A DNA stretch of 64,000 nucleotides. It comes from Phycisphaerales bacterium. Its GTDB lineage: Bacteria; Planctomycetota; UBA1135; UBA2386. The position numbers and the translations under genes are program-made. Each line of letters starts with the position of its first letter. Within the stretch, counting starts at the first letter, position 1. The notes under the pieces were generated by a model. That model saw nothing but the letters and a program-made list of their open reading frames with translations. It was not told the origin of the DNA and searched no databases. Positions 25,783 through 36,948 of this stretch are shown one piece after another. The stretch covers positions 82,807-146,806 of the forward strand of contig JADCJE010000008.1 in the NCBI GenBank assembly GCA_020247305.1. Reading direction: 5' to 3'.

Positions 25783-26475
25783 ATGTCGTTGCTGCGAGCC
25801 ATCCTCGTGCTGCTGTTCCTTGCGGCGACCGCGACAGCTCAAGCCACGACTGCCGACAAGGTGCGATGGACGCTCGAACGCGAGGATTGCCAGACGACGT
25901 TGCCGGGCGAACGGCCGACGCCGCCAGGTGACGGCCCGCGCAGCGCGGCGCCGGCCGGCTCCTCGCTGCGTCGCCGCGACGGACCGACGCCATTGGACAT
26001 GAAGTCGTTTGCCGTGCCGGCATGGTTCAGCAAGGCGCTGCTCTGGCTCGTCATCGCCGTCGTGGGCATCGTGCTGATCGCGGCGATCGTCGGCTCGCTC
26101 GGCGACCGGTCCCGGGGTAAGGCGGCGCTGCGGCAAATGCCGGCGGCACCGGTCGCGCCGTCGGTCGCACACGACACCGCGCTCCCCGACTTCGATCACT
26201 TGGCCGCCGCGGGCGACTTCACCGCGGCCCTCCACGCGTTGCTGCTGCGGGCGATCGCGGCATGGCGGGCGCGCGGCGAAGTCGTGCCGCCGCATGCGAC
26301 AGCCCGTGAAGTGCTGCGGCGGGTTCGCAGCGCGACGCCGTCGGCTGCTGCCCTGGCGGCGATCGTGCAGGCAGCGGAGGCGACGTACTTCGGCGGCAAG
26401 CCGACCGACCGCGACATGTTCGACGCCACGCGCGCGCAGTACGTCGCTTGGGAGGCCGCATGCCGCCGCCGCTGA
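25783..26475 (+). CDS. DUF4129-like membrane-anchored protein
   Basis: Signal peptide, a central TM and a C-terminal region (TAREVLRRV...[10 protein letters not shown]) typical of DUF4129 proteins that lead MoxR/DUF58 clusters. Confidence 0.6.
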   Translation: MSLLRAILVLLFLAATATAQATTADKVRWTLEREDCQTTLPGERPTPPGDGPRSAAPAGSSLRRRDGPTPLDMKSFAVPAWFSKALLWLVIAVVGIVLIAAIVGSLGDRSRGKAALRQMPAAPVAPSVAHDTALPDFDHLAAAGDFTAALHALLLRAIAAWRARGEVVPPHATAREVLRRVRSATPSAAALAAIVQAAEATYFGGKPTDRDMFDATRAQYVAWEAACRRR

Positions 26476-27685
26476 ACGAGGCGACGGCGGCCGGCGCCGC
26501 CCCGCCGCGTGCGCGCGCCACGGCGTGGCTGCTGGGCCTCGTCGCCGCCTCGTTGCTGACGTCGTTCTGGCTGCTGATCGACCCGACCGCGCAGGCGCGC
26601 GGACACACCGTCGACGCCGACGGCTACAGCCGCTCGGCGCTCGGCCACATCGGCTTCCTCGAAGTGCTGCGCGCGGTCGAAGACAACGTCCGCCAGTCGC
26701 GCAGCGGACGGCGGACGGTGCGCTGCGGCCTGCTGGTGTACGCCGAACCCCGCCGCTTGGACGCAGCAGACGAGGACGAAGTCGCGGCCGCCTGCAACCG
26801 GGCGGACTGCACGCTGCTCGTGCTCGGCAAGCGGCTAGCCATCCCCGCGCAGGAGCGGCCGTGGTGGGCGGAACGGGTCGATTTCCAGCGGATCGACGTG
26901 GTGCAGGGCGTCCTCGACGACTTCCTCGGCGCGCTCGACCTCGAGGTGCCCGTCGTGGAGCGGTTCGCGACGAACGCGGACTGGACCATGCCCGCCGGTT
27001 GGCCTGTCCCTGTGATCCCCGGACCGGTCCAATTGTTGACCGACCTGCCGCCGGGATGGAGCCCGGTCGTCGAGTGCGCACAAGGCACGCTGCTGGCTCG
27101 CTGCGGCCGGCTGCGGGTGCTCGCCGATCCGGACCTGATCGCCAACCACGGGCTGCTGCGCGGCGCCAACGCGGAACTGGTCGAGCGCATGGTGCGGCAT
27201 GTGCACGGCAACGGCGCGATCGTCGTCGACGAGACGCAGCACGGCCACGTCATCGAGAAGAGCATCTTCCAACTCGCGGGCCGCTACCCATACGCGTTGG
27301 TGACCTGCCACCTGCTGCTGCTGCTGGCCCTGGCCGCGGGCGCTGCCGCCGTGCGCCAGGGCCCGCTGACGCCCGCCGCGCCGGCCGTCGCCGCAGGCAA
27401 GGACTTCCTGATCGACAACGTGGCGGCGCTGCTCGCCGTCGGCGGCGGCGCCGGCCACTCGCTGCGGCGGTACGCGCGTCTCCGCCTGCACCGCCTCGGC
27501 GCGCTGCTGCACGCGCCGCGCGGGCTCGACGACGCTCGTCGCCGCGACTACGTGCTCGCGCGCCTGCCCGCCGACCATCGCGACCGGCTCGCCTCCGCGC
27601 TCGCCCTCGAGGCCCACCGGCCCACGCCCGCGGCGGCGCTGGCTGCCGCCCGCAAGATCCACCAACTGACCGAAGGACCGCACCC

Positions 27686-27713
<28 letters not shown>
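26460..27713 (+). CDS. DUF4350-like protein
   Basis: N-terminal TM plus a large extracytoplasmic domain and a C-terminal TM. ATG at 26460 preceded by GGAGG; it overlaps the upstream gene by 16 nt. Position and architecture match the DUF4350 member of this cluster type. Confidence 0.55.
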
Positions 27714-28635
<922 letters not shown>

Positions 28636-28636
<1 letters not shown>

Positions 28637-29937
28637 TGCGGCCGACGCCCCGATGCCTCGCGGCGTTCGCGGCCGGGCTGCCTGCGGCGGCCCTGCCCGC
28701 GCTCGTCGCCTGGGAAGGCGCCTGGGTCGCATGGCCCGGCTTCCTGCTGGCATTCGGTGGCGCCATCGCCGCGGAGTTGGCGACGCTGCCCCGGCGCGTC
28801 GCGCTGCGCCTGCGCGCGCCGGCCGCCGCGACGCCCGGCGTCGCCGCCACGGTCACTGTCGAGGTCGTGGCGCCGCGGCGCCTGTTGGCTCACGTCGACC
28901 TGGACGTGGCGGGCGACGCCGAACTGCCGGCGCCGGCCGTGCTGGCTTGTGCGGCCGGCGCCACCGCCGTCGCCGGGTTCCGGCTGGTGCCGCGGCGTCG
29001 CGGGGTGCTCGCGCTGGCGGCGGTGCACGTGCGCTGGACGGGCGCCCTCGGGCTGCTGAGCCGCGAACTCGTACACCGCCAACCGGCCGAGGTGCGCGTG
29101 CTCGCCGACGTCGCCGCCGTGCGCCGCCGCACGGCGCGCATGATCACCAACCGCGAGTTCACGACCGGCCTCAAGCCCGAGCGCTACGTCGGCGACGGCA
29201 GCGACTTCGAGTCGCTGCGCGACTTCGTCGCCGGCATGGACCGACGCGCGATCGACTGGAAGGCGACTGCGCGCCATCGGGAAGTGCTGTGCCGGGAGTT
29301 CCGCGCCGAACGCGACCACCCGGTGATGCTCTGCATCGACTCCGGCCGGCTCATGGGCGAGCTGCTCGACGGCATGCCGCGGCTCGACCACGCCATCCTC
29401 GCGGCGCTGCAGCTCGCCTACGTGTGCTTGCGCACTGGCGACCGCGTCGGCTTGTTCACGTTCGCCGACAAGCCGCAGGCGACGGTCCTGCCGCAGGCGG
29501 GCGTGCACGCCTTGCAGGCGATCCAGGAGCGGCTCACCAGCATCGCGTACTCGCCGGCGGAGACCAACTTCACGCTGGGAATGACCGAGCTGCTGCGCCA
29601 ACTGCGCCGCCGGACGCTCGTCGTGCTGTTCACCGACTTCGCCGACAGCGTCACGGCCGAACTGATGCTGCAAAACGTCGCGTGGCTGGCCCGCCGCCAT
29701 CTTCTGCTGTTCGTCGCCTTGCGCGATCCGCTGCCCGAACGCCTCGCCGACGCGGAGCTCGGCGCGCCGCGCGACCTGCACCGGGCCGTCGTCGCCGACG
29801 AGATCCGGCGCGAACGCCTGCTCGTGCTCGAACGCATCCGCCAGACCGGTGCACAGGTGCTCGACGCCGCGGCCGCCGATCTCGACGGCGGACTCATCGA
29901 CCGCTATCTCCAGGTCAAGCGAAGGGAGCTGCTGTGA
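28636..29937 (+). CDS. DUF58 (VWA-like) protein
   Basis: GDGSDFESLRDFVAGMDRRAIDWKATAR is the hallmark DUF58 motif. The start overlaps the moxR stop by 1 nt. Confidence 0.8.
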
Positions 29938-30932
29938 GCGACGATCTGCAGACGCCTTGGTCCGTGCGGTTCCGCCGCGAACGCGAGCCGTCGTGGCGGG
30001 AGCTGGAAGAGCTGGTCGCCAAGTGCGACCGCCACGGCATCCGCGGCGTCGGCCCCGAGAAGCTCGCCCGGCTGGCGGTGCTGTACCGCGCGGCGGCGTC
30101 GTCGCTCGGCGTCGCCCGCAGCAGCGTGCTCGACCGCAACCTGCTCGAATGGCTCGAAACGCTCGTCGCGCGCGCCTACCTCGTCGTGTATGCGCCGCAG
30201 CGGCGCGCTGCCGAGGTGGCCAGGGAGTTCCTGCTCGCGGGCTTTCCGGCGGCGGTCCGTTCGATCGCGTGGCACACCCTCGCCGCTGCGATGTTGATCG
30301 TGCTCGGGGCCGCACTTGCCTGGACCATGGTCGCCGCGGACTCGGAGGCCTTCTACTTGTTCGTCGACCGCGCCCTGGCTGGCGAGCGCGACCCGAGCGC
30401 CACGACCGCATCCCTGCGCGCGACCTTGTTCGCCGGCGGCAACCGCCGCAACCTGCTCGACTTCGCCGCGCGCCTGTTCACGCACAACGCGTCGGTGAGC
30501 ATCCTCGTCTACGGGCTCGGCTTCGTCTTCGGCCTGCCGGTCGTGCTGCTGCTGGTCTACAACGGCATGCTTGTCGGCGCGATGTCGGCGTTGTTCCACT
30601 CGCGCGGACTGGCGGTCGAATGGTGGAGCTGGATCCTGCCGCACGGCGTCACCGAACTCACCGCCATCGCCCTCGCCGGCGGCGCTGGCCTCGCGATGGC
30701 TGGCGCGATGCTGTTCCCGGGTCGCTCGACGCGCGTGCAAGCGCTGTGCGCGACCGGTCGGCGCATGGGCGCCGTCGTCGCCGGCGGCGTCGTCATGCTG
30801 CTGCTTGCGGCGTTTGTCGAGGGCGTGTTCCGGCAGATCGTGACGCACGTGCCCTCGCGCTATGCGCTGGCGTCGATCTTCGGCGGCTTGTGGGCCGCCT
30901 ACTTCGCGCTCGCCGGCCGGCGGTCCCGATGA
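29934..30932 (+). CDS. Stage II sporulation protein M-like (DUF95) membrane protein
   Basis: GTG start overlapping the DUF58 stop (GTGA). Multi-TM with ILPHGVTELTAIALAG, typical of the SpoIIM/DUF95 family. Confidence 0.7.
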   Translation: MSDDLQTPWSVRFRREREPSWRELEELVAKCDRHGIRGVGPEKLARLAVLYRAAASSLGVARSSVLDRNLLEWLETLVARAYLVVYAPQRRAAEVAREFLLAGFPAAVRSIAWHTLAAAMLIVLGAALAWTMVAADSEAFYLFVDRALAGERDPSATTASLRATLFAGGNRRNLLDFAARLFTHNASVSILVYGLGFVFGLPVVLLLVYNGMLVGAMSALFHSRGLAVEWWSWILPHGVTELTAIALAGGAGLAMAGAMLFPGRSTRVQALCATGRRMGAVVAGGVVMLLLAAFVEGVFRQIVTHVPSRYALASIFGGLWAAYFALAGRRSR

Positions 30933-31867
30933 ACCACCTGCCGCCCGACGAGGTCGTGCGCACGCCCGAGGGCCTCGACCTCCGCTTCCGCGTGGCGACC
31001 GCGAGCGAACGGCTGCTGGCATTCGGAACCGACGCGGTGATCCTCGGCCTGCTGATGCTCGGCGTCGCCTTCGTGTGCCTGTACACGGTCGGCTTGGCCG
31101 GCATGGTGCTGTGGTGCTTCCTGCTTCGGCACGGTTACTTCGTCTTGAGCGAGATCCGCGGCAACGGCCGGACGATCGGCAAGCGCCTGCAGCGCCTCCG
31201 TGTCGTGCGCGCGGACGGCGGGCCGCTGACCGCCGAGGTGCTGCTGGCGCGCAACCTGACACGTGAGATCGAACTGTTCCTGCCGCTGCAATTGCTCGCC
31301 GAGCCCGAGATCCTGGTCGGGGACCACGGCTTCGCGGTGCGCGTCGTCGCCTTTGTCTGGGTGCTCGCCCTCCTGTTCTTCCCGCTGACGAACCGCCAGC
31401 GGCTGCGAATCGGCGACCTGCTCGCCGGCACGCGGGTCGTCTACGCGCCGCCAGCGAAGCTCGCGACCGACCTCGCCGCCATCCGACGGCCGGCGTCCGC
31501 CCGCGCGGCGCCGACGCAGGCGGCGGTCGGCCAAGCCGCGGACGAGTTCGCCTTCGCGACGACCCACCTGCAGGTCTACGGCGAACGGGAACTGGCAGTC
31601 CTCGAAGACGTGCTGCGCAAGTCCCGGCTTCCTGGCGGCGCCGACACCGTCGCGGCAGTCGCCGCGTCGATCCAGAATCGGATCGGCTGGACGGCGCCCG
31701 TGCCGGCGACGGCCGCCCACCGCTTCCTGCAGGCCTTCTACGCCGCGCAACGGCGGCAACTCGAACAGCAGTTGCTGCTCGGACGCCGCAAGACGCGGAA
31801 GTCCGCCACGCCCCGGACGGGCGGAGCGCCAGCGCCTGAGCGTGGCGTCCACCCCGATGGCGAGTAG
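30929..31867 (+). CDS. RDD-family membrane protein
   Basis: ATGA overlap with the upstream gene. Two N-terminal TM segments with the RIGDLLAGTRVV motif of RDD domains, plus a soluble C-terminal extension. Confidence 0.7.
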   Translation: MNHLPPDEVVRTPEGLDLRFRVATASERLLAFGTDAVILGLLMLGVAFVCLYTVGLAGMVLWCFLLRHGYFVLSEIRGNGRTIGKRLQRLRVVRADGGPLTAEVLLARNLTREIELFLPLQLLAEPEILVGDHGFAVRVVAFVWVLALLFFPLTNRQRLRIGDLLAGTRVVYAPPAKLATDLAAIRRPASARAAPTQAAVGQAADEFAFATTHLQVYGERELAVLEDVLRKSRLPGGADTVAAVAASIQNRIGWTAPVPATAAHRFLQAFYAAQRRQLEQQLLLGRRKTRKSATPRTGGAPAPERGVHPDGE

Positions 31868-31913
31868 CGTTGGCGGCACCGGGCGTCGCGACGACGCCAC
31901 GCCCCCACAACCT

Positions 31914-32900
31914 ATGCCATCGCGCCCAACCCCGGTCGCCCGACGACGCGCTGCAACCATCGCCGCTGCACTCGCGGCACTGCTGCTGGCCCGCTGCGTC
32001 AGCGGCCCGTCGCTGGCCGAACGCGAACAGGCGATCGTCACCTGCGGGCAGGCCTTCCCGATCGGCGCGCGCGTCGTGACCTGGCGCGAGCCCGGCGCCT
32101 ACGACGCCTACGTCGAAGGCAAGCGCTTCGCCGATGGCGAGCCGCCCGACGGCAAGAAGCGCTACGCGCCGCTGCGCGGCAGCCTGCCCGACGCGCTCGC
32201 CGCCGCCGCCGGCCGAGGCCGGTTGTCGCTCGACGAACTGCGGCAGGCCGTGCACACGTTCGTGATCCACTACGACGTCGCCGGCACGTCGCGCCAGTGC
32301 TTCAAGGTGCTGCAGGACCTGCGCACGCTGTCGGTGCACTTCCTGCTCGACGTCGACGGCACGATCTACCAGACGCTCGACCTGCACGAGAAGGCCTTCC
32401 ACGCCACCTACGCCAACGACTTCTCGATCGGCGTCGAGATCGCGCACCCGGGCGCCTGGAAGCAGCCGATGAACGCCGACATGGCGCGCTGGTACGGCAA
32501 GGACGACCAGGGCTGGTTCATGAAGACGCCGGCCTGGATGCAGGAGCCGGGCATCCGCACGCCGGGATTCGTCGCGCGGCCCGACCGCCCCGACATCGTC
32601 GCCGGCGAGGTGCAGGGCAGCGTCTACCACCAGCTCGACTTCACGCCGCAGCAGTACGCCGCGCTGGCACGGCTGTGCGCGGGCCTCAACCAGGTCTTCC
32701 CGCGCATCCGGCTCGAAGCGCCGCGCAATCCCGACGGCACGGTGGTGAACCGCGCGCTCGGCGAAGCGGCGGTGCGCGCCTTCGACGGCGTCGTCGGCCA
32801 CTTCCACGTGCAGACCAACAAGCAGGACCCGGGCCCCGCGTTCCAATGGGATCGCGTGCTGCGCGAGGCGCGCGCGGTGCGCGCGACACTGGGCCCGTGA
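31914..32900 (+). CDS. N-acetylmuramoyl-L-alanine amidase (Amidase_2/PGRP fold), exported
   Basis: FVIHYDV, HFLLDVDGTIYQTLD, HATYANDFSIGVEIAH and HFHVQTNKQDPG motifs. Alternative in-frame starts at 31842 (GTG) and 31857 (ATG) would overlap the RDD gene. 31914 gives an RRR...AALLLARC signal-like N-terminus. Confidence 0.75.
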   Translation: MPSRPTPVARRRAATIAAALAALLLARCVSGPSLAEREQAIVTCGQAFPIGARVVTWREPGAYDAYVEGKRFADGEPPDGKKRYAPLRGSLPDALAAAAGRGRLSLDELRQAVHTFVIHYDVAGTSRQCFKVLQDLRTLSVHFLLDVDGTIYQTLDLHEKAFHATYANDFSIGVEIAHPGAWKQPMNADMARWYGKDDQGWFMKTPAWMQEPGIRTPGFVARPDRPDIVAGEVQGSVYHQLDFTPQQYAALARLCAGLNQVFPRIRLEAPRNPDGTVVNRALGEAAVRAFDGVVGHFHVQTNKQDPGPAFQWDRVLREARAVRATLGP

Positions 32901-33391
32901 CGACGCCGTGGATCCTGCGGCCGATCCGATCGGCCGACGACGCCGCGGTGGCGGCGATCATCCGCGCGGTGATGACCGAACACGGCGCCGCCGGGCCGGG
33001 CTTCGCCATCCACGACGCGGAGGTCGACGGCATGAGCGCGGCATACGCGGGCGGCGAGGCGCGGTACTACGTCGTCGAACGCGACGGCGCCGTGCTCGGC
33101 GGCGCCGGCTTCGCGCGCCTGCACGGCACGGCATTGGCCGACGGCGTGAGCGAACTGCGCAAGATGTACTTCCTGCCGGCGGCGCGCGGCCAAGGCCTCG
33201 GCTGCGCCCTGCTTGCCTTGCTGCTCGACGAGATGCGCAGCGCCGGCTACCGCCGCTGCTACCTGGAGACCACCCGGCAGATGCAGGCCGCGCAGCGGCT
33301 GTACCGCGCCGCCGGCTTCCGGCCGCAGCCCGCCGCGGAAGGCGCGACCGGGCACCACGGCTGCGACGTGTTCTACAGCCGCTCGCTCTGA
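32897..33391 (+). CDS. GNAT-family N-acetyltransferase
   Basis: GTGA overlap with the amidase stop. Acetyl-CoA motif RGQGLGCALL and YRAAGF. Confidence 0.8.
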   Translation: MTTPWILRPIRSADDAAVAAIIRAVMTEHGAAGPGFAIHDAEVDGMSAAYAGGEARYYVVERDGAVLGGAGFARLHGTALADGVSELRKMYFLPAARGQGLGCALLALLLDEMRSAGYRRCYLETTRQMQAAQRLYRAAGFRPQPAAEGATGHHGCDVFYSRSL

Positions 33392-33505
33392 ACCCGCTGC
33401 ATCGCCCGGAGCGCCGCCGCCAGCGCCGGGTCTGCGCGTCGCGGCACCGCATTCCCCCGCCCAGGCTGCGGAAAGTCCGCGCCGCCGTCGCTACCCTGTC
33501 GCCCC

Positions 33506-34606
33506 GTGACCGACGGCATCCTCGTCCACCAGCAGATCAAGGCCCTGATCGCGCGCGGCGCGCTGGCCTCGACCCCCGCGATCGCGCCGACCCAGATCCA
33601 ACCGAGTTCGCTCGACCTGCGGCTCGCCACCCGCGGCTACCGCGTGCGCTCGGGCTTCCTGCCGGAGAACGTGCGCGTCGCCGACCGCCTGGAGGAGATG
33701 AGCCTCTACGCCTTCGACCTGACCGACGGCGCCGTGCTGGAGAAGGGCCACTGCTACATCGTGCCGCTGCTCGAGCGCATCGAGCAGCCGCTGCCGTACC
33801 TCGTCCGGGCCAATCCCAAGTCCTCGACCGGGCGCCTCGACCTGTTCACGCGACTGCTCGCCGACCGCTGCGGCCGCTTCGAGACCGTGCCGCCGGGTTA
33901 CACCGGCCCGATGTACCTGGAGATCGTGCCGCGCAGCTTCCCGGTCAAGGTCAAGGCCGGCCTGTCGCTGTGCCAGATCCGCTTCTCGCAGGGCAACGCG
34001 TCGCTCAGCGACGACGAACTGCGCGCCGAGCACCAGCACGGCGGCCTGCTGTTCGACGACGCCGGCGTGCCGCTGCCGGTCGACAAGCTGCGCATCGACC
34101 GCGGCCTGATGATGGGCATCGCGCTGCGCCGCGACCGCGACATCACCGGTCCGGTCGGCTACGTCGCCCGCCGCTACACCGGCGTCGTCGACATGGCCTT
34201 GGAGAACGGCCACGACGCCGATGGCTACTTCGACGCCATCGACGAGCCGCGCAACGGCCGGCTCATCGTCGAACCCGAGGAGTTCTACATCTTCGCCAGC
34301 AAGGAGCGCATCCGCGTGCCGCGCCACCTCGCCGCCGAGATGGTCGCCTACGACGTCGGCATCGGCGAGTTGCGCACCAACTACGCCGGCTTCTTCGACA
34401 ACGGCTTCGGCGGCGACAAGGGCACCCGCGCGGTGCTCGAAGTGCGCCCGCACGACGTGCCGTTCCTGCTCGAGGACGCGCAGGTGTTCTTCAAGCTGGA
34501 GTTCTTCCGCACGCTGGAGCTGCCCGAGGTCTGCTACGGCGACCGCGGCCTCAGCTCGCACTACCAGGGCCAGGGCCTCAAGCTAAGCAAGCACTTCCGC
34601 GGGTAG
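33506..34606 (+). CDS. 2'-deoxycytidine 5'-triphosphate deaminase, long (DCD, two-domain) form
   Basis: 366 aa, GTG start. The sequence (PSSLDLRL, NPKSSTGRLD, ELRTNYAGFFDNGFG) resembles the PF06559-type dCTP deaminase. Confidence 0.7.
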   Translation: MTDGILVHQQIKALIARGALASTPAIAPTQIQPSSLDLRLATRGYRVRSGFLPENVRVADRLEEMSLYAFDLTDGAVLEKGHCYIVPLLERIEQPLPYLVRANPKSSTGRLDLFTRLLADRCGRFETVPPGYTGPMYLEIVPRSFPVKVKAGLSLCQIRFSQGNASLSDDELRAEHQHGGLLFDDAGVPLPVDKLRIDRGLMMGIALRRDRDITGPVGYVARRYTGVVDMALENGHDADGYFDAIDEPRNGRLIVEPEEFYIFASKERIRVPRHLAAEMVAYDVGIGELRTNYAGFFDNGFGGDKGTRAVLEVRPHDVPFLLEDAQVFFKLEFFRTLELPEVCYGDRGLSSHYQGQGLKLSKHFRG

Positions 34607-34615
34607 CGGCGGGCT

Positions 34616-35905
34616 TCACTTGCCCAGCGCCGCCGCGCGCGTCGCGGCGACCAGCGCGCGCACGCCGGTGCGGATCGCGACCGCATGGTCGGGATGGAAG
34701 CGCGCACTGTGCAGCGCCGGCAAGTCGTTGGCGGCCTGCATCCTGGCCAGCCGCTCGGGCGCGATGGTGCCGACGCGGAACATGCACAGCGGGATCTTCT
34801 CGCCGTCGAGCCGCCCGAAGTCCTCGGCCACCATCGCCGGCGGCACCTCGGCGACCTTGTCGACGCCGAACGCGGCGACGAGGCCAGCGCGCACGACTTC
34901 GGTCAACGCCGCGTCGTTGCGCAGCGCCGGCGTCGGCTCGGAGAACTCAACCGTCGGCGCCGGCGCCCCGAACGACGCCGCCACGGCGTTGGCCTTGCGC
35001 ACGACCGCGGCCATCATCTTCTCGCGCACGTGCGGCGCGTAGCTGCGGATCGTCGCCTGCAGGAGGCACCGGTCGGGCGTGATGTTGTGCTTGTTGCCGG
35101 CCTGGAACGAGCCGACGGTCAGCAGGCACGGCTCGATCGGGTCGATCTCGCGGGCCACGATCGTCTGCAGGTCGAGCACCAACTGCGCCCCCATCGTCAC
35201 CGGGTCGATCGTAAGGTGCGGCGCGGCGCCGTGGCCGCCCTTGCCGACGAGCGTGATGTCGACGTTGTCGACGTTGGCCATGGCGAAGCCCGGCCGGATG
35301 CCGACCTGGTCGTTGGGCAGGTCGTGCGCGGTGTGCAGGGCGATCGCGAACGCCGGCCGCGGGAAGCGCGTCAGCAGGCCGTCCTTCAGCATCGCCTTCA
35401 TGCCGCCGGCGCGCTCCTCGGCCGGCTGCAGCTGGAAGACGATCGTGCCGCGCCAGCTGTCCGGGTCGCCGGCGAAGTGCGCCGCGGCGCCGATCAGGCA
35501 GGTCATGTGCAGGTCGTGGCCGCAGGCGTGCATGACGCCGATGGCGCGGCCGTCGGCCGACTCGGCCCGCACCTTCGAGGCGTGCGGCAGGCCGGTCTCC
35601 TCTGCGACCGGCAGCGCGTCCATGTCGGCGCGCACCAGCGCCACCGGGCCGTCGCCGCGGCGCAGAATGGCGACGACGCCCGTGCCGCCGACGTTCTCGG
35701 TGACCTCGAGGCCCAGCGCGCGCAGTTCGGCCGCCATGCGCGCCGCAGTCTGGAACTCCTTGAAGGAGAGCTCCGGGTGCTGATGCAGGTGCACATACAG
35801 CGCCTGCAGCGGCGCGTCCATGCGCGCGAAGAACGCCTCCGACTGGGCGGCGAGCGGTGCGGCGGCGACGGCGGCGGCGGCGAAACCGAAGGCGAGGGAG
35901 CGCAT
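34616..35905 (-). CDS. M20D-family amidohydrolase (hippurate hydrolase-like), secreted
   Basis: LHQHPELSF, MHACGHDLH and GGHGAAPH motifs. ATG at 35905 (MRSLAFGF) with a signal-like N-terminus. Confidence 0.85.
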   Translation of the reverse strand: MRSLAFGFAAAAVAAAPLAAQSEAFFARMDAPLQALYVHLHQHPELSFKEFQTAARMAAELRALGLEVTENVGGTGVVAILRRGDGPVALVRADMDALPVAEETGLPHASKVRAESADGRAIGVMHACGHDLHMTCLIGAAAHFAGDPDSWRGTIVFQLQPAEERAGGMKAMLKDGLLTRFPRPAFAIALHTAHDLPNDQVGIRPGFAMANVDNVDITLVGKGGHGAAPHLTIDPVTMGAQLVLDLQTIVAREIDPIEPCLLTVGSFQAGNKHNITPDRCLLQATIRSYAPHVREKMMAAVVRKANAVAASFGAPAPTVEFSEPTPALRNDAALTEVVRAGLVAAFGVDKVAEVPPAMVAEDFGRLDGEKIPLCMFRVGTIAPERLARMQAANDLPALHSARFHPDHAVAIRTGVRALVAATRAAALGK

Positions 35906-35985
35906 GCCGGCATCGTCGCAGAAGCCGCGCGCGGGCAGAAGCGCGGGCCTTGCCCATGCGATGCGGGCCGCCCAGACTGCTGCGG

Positions 35986-36891
35986 ATGTTCCCGTCGATC
36001 GCAGCCAACGAACGCGCCGAGCTCTGCTTCCAGGACCTCGCCAGCGCGCTCGACGCCGGCCTGCCGCTGGCCGCGATCGGCGGCGCGCCGAACGCCGGCG
36101 ATCGCGCGCTGCACGCGGCCGTGGCGGCGCGCGGCGTTCGGCTGACGCGCACCGAGGACGGCGTCTTGATGCACGGTTGGCGCGCCGGCAAGGCTGCTGC
36201 GACCTTGCGCGCCTGCGCCGCCGGCCGCGCCCAGCGCGCCGCCTTCGGCCGGCAGGCCTGGGCTGGCCTGCGCTATCCCCTGCTGCTGGCGGTCGCGCTG
36301 CCGTTCGCCGCGTTCGCCGCGTCGTGGGCGGTCGGCAAGGGGCCAGCGCTCGCGATCCTCGGTCTCTACGCGATCCTTGCGGCAGCGTTCGCGTGGGCGC
36401 GCCGAAGCGTGCGGGCGGGTGCGGCGTGGCCGCGCCGCCTGCCATGGGCCGCCGGCCTGCTCGACGCCGCCACCGAGATCCCCTACCTGGAGACGCTGCA
36501 CGCACTCTACGGCGCCGGCGTCCCGCTGCTGCAGGCCAACGCAGCCGCGATCGAGTCGGCGCCGCCTGGGCAGGCGGCAGCGCGACTGCGAACCGCCGAC
36601 CAGGTGCTTCGCGACGGCCGGCCGCTGCACGAAGGCCTGGCCACGGCGATGGCGCTGCACCCCGAGAGCCGCATGCTGCTGCAGACAGGCGAGACGGCCG
36701 GCCAGTTGGAGGACGCGCTCGCGCGCGCGCTGCAACGCCGCCGCGACGTGCACAGCCGGGCGCTCGCAACGCTCGGCCGCGGCATCGGCGCCGTCGCCTA
36801 CGCGCTCGTCATCGCGGCCGTGCTGTGGATCCTCGTGACGTTCTACGGCGGCTACGTCACCGCGCTGAGGGGAATCACCGGCGGACGCTGA
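35986..36891 (+). CDS. Short type II secretion system F (GspF/PilC)-family membrane protein
   Basis: Two degenerate T2SSF-like repeats (FQDLASALDAGLPL; LHALYGAGVPLL...LLQTGETAGQLEDAL) and three TM segments, about 300 aa. Alternative ATG at 35956. Confidence 0.5.
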   Translation: MFPSIAANERAELCFQDLASALDAGLPLAAIGGAPNAGDRALHAAVAARGVRLTRTEDGVLMHGWRAGKAAATLRACAAGRAQRAAFGRQAWAGLRYPLLLAVALPFAAFAASWAVGKGPALAILGLYAILAAAFAWARRSVRAGAAWPRRLPWAAGLLDAATEIPYLETLHALYGAGVPLLQANAAAIESAPPGQAAARLRTADQVLRDGRPLHEGLATAMALHPESRMLLQTGETAGQLEDALARALQRRRDVHSRALATLGRGIGAVAYALVIAAVLWILVTFYGGYVTALRGITGGR

Positions 36892-36948
36892 CGCTGCCGC
36901 CGCGGCTGGGCCGTGACGCTGCTGCACGGCTGGGCTACAACTTGGCGT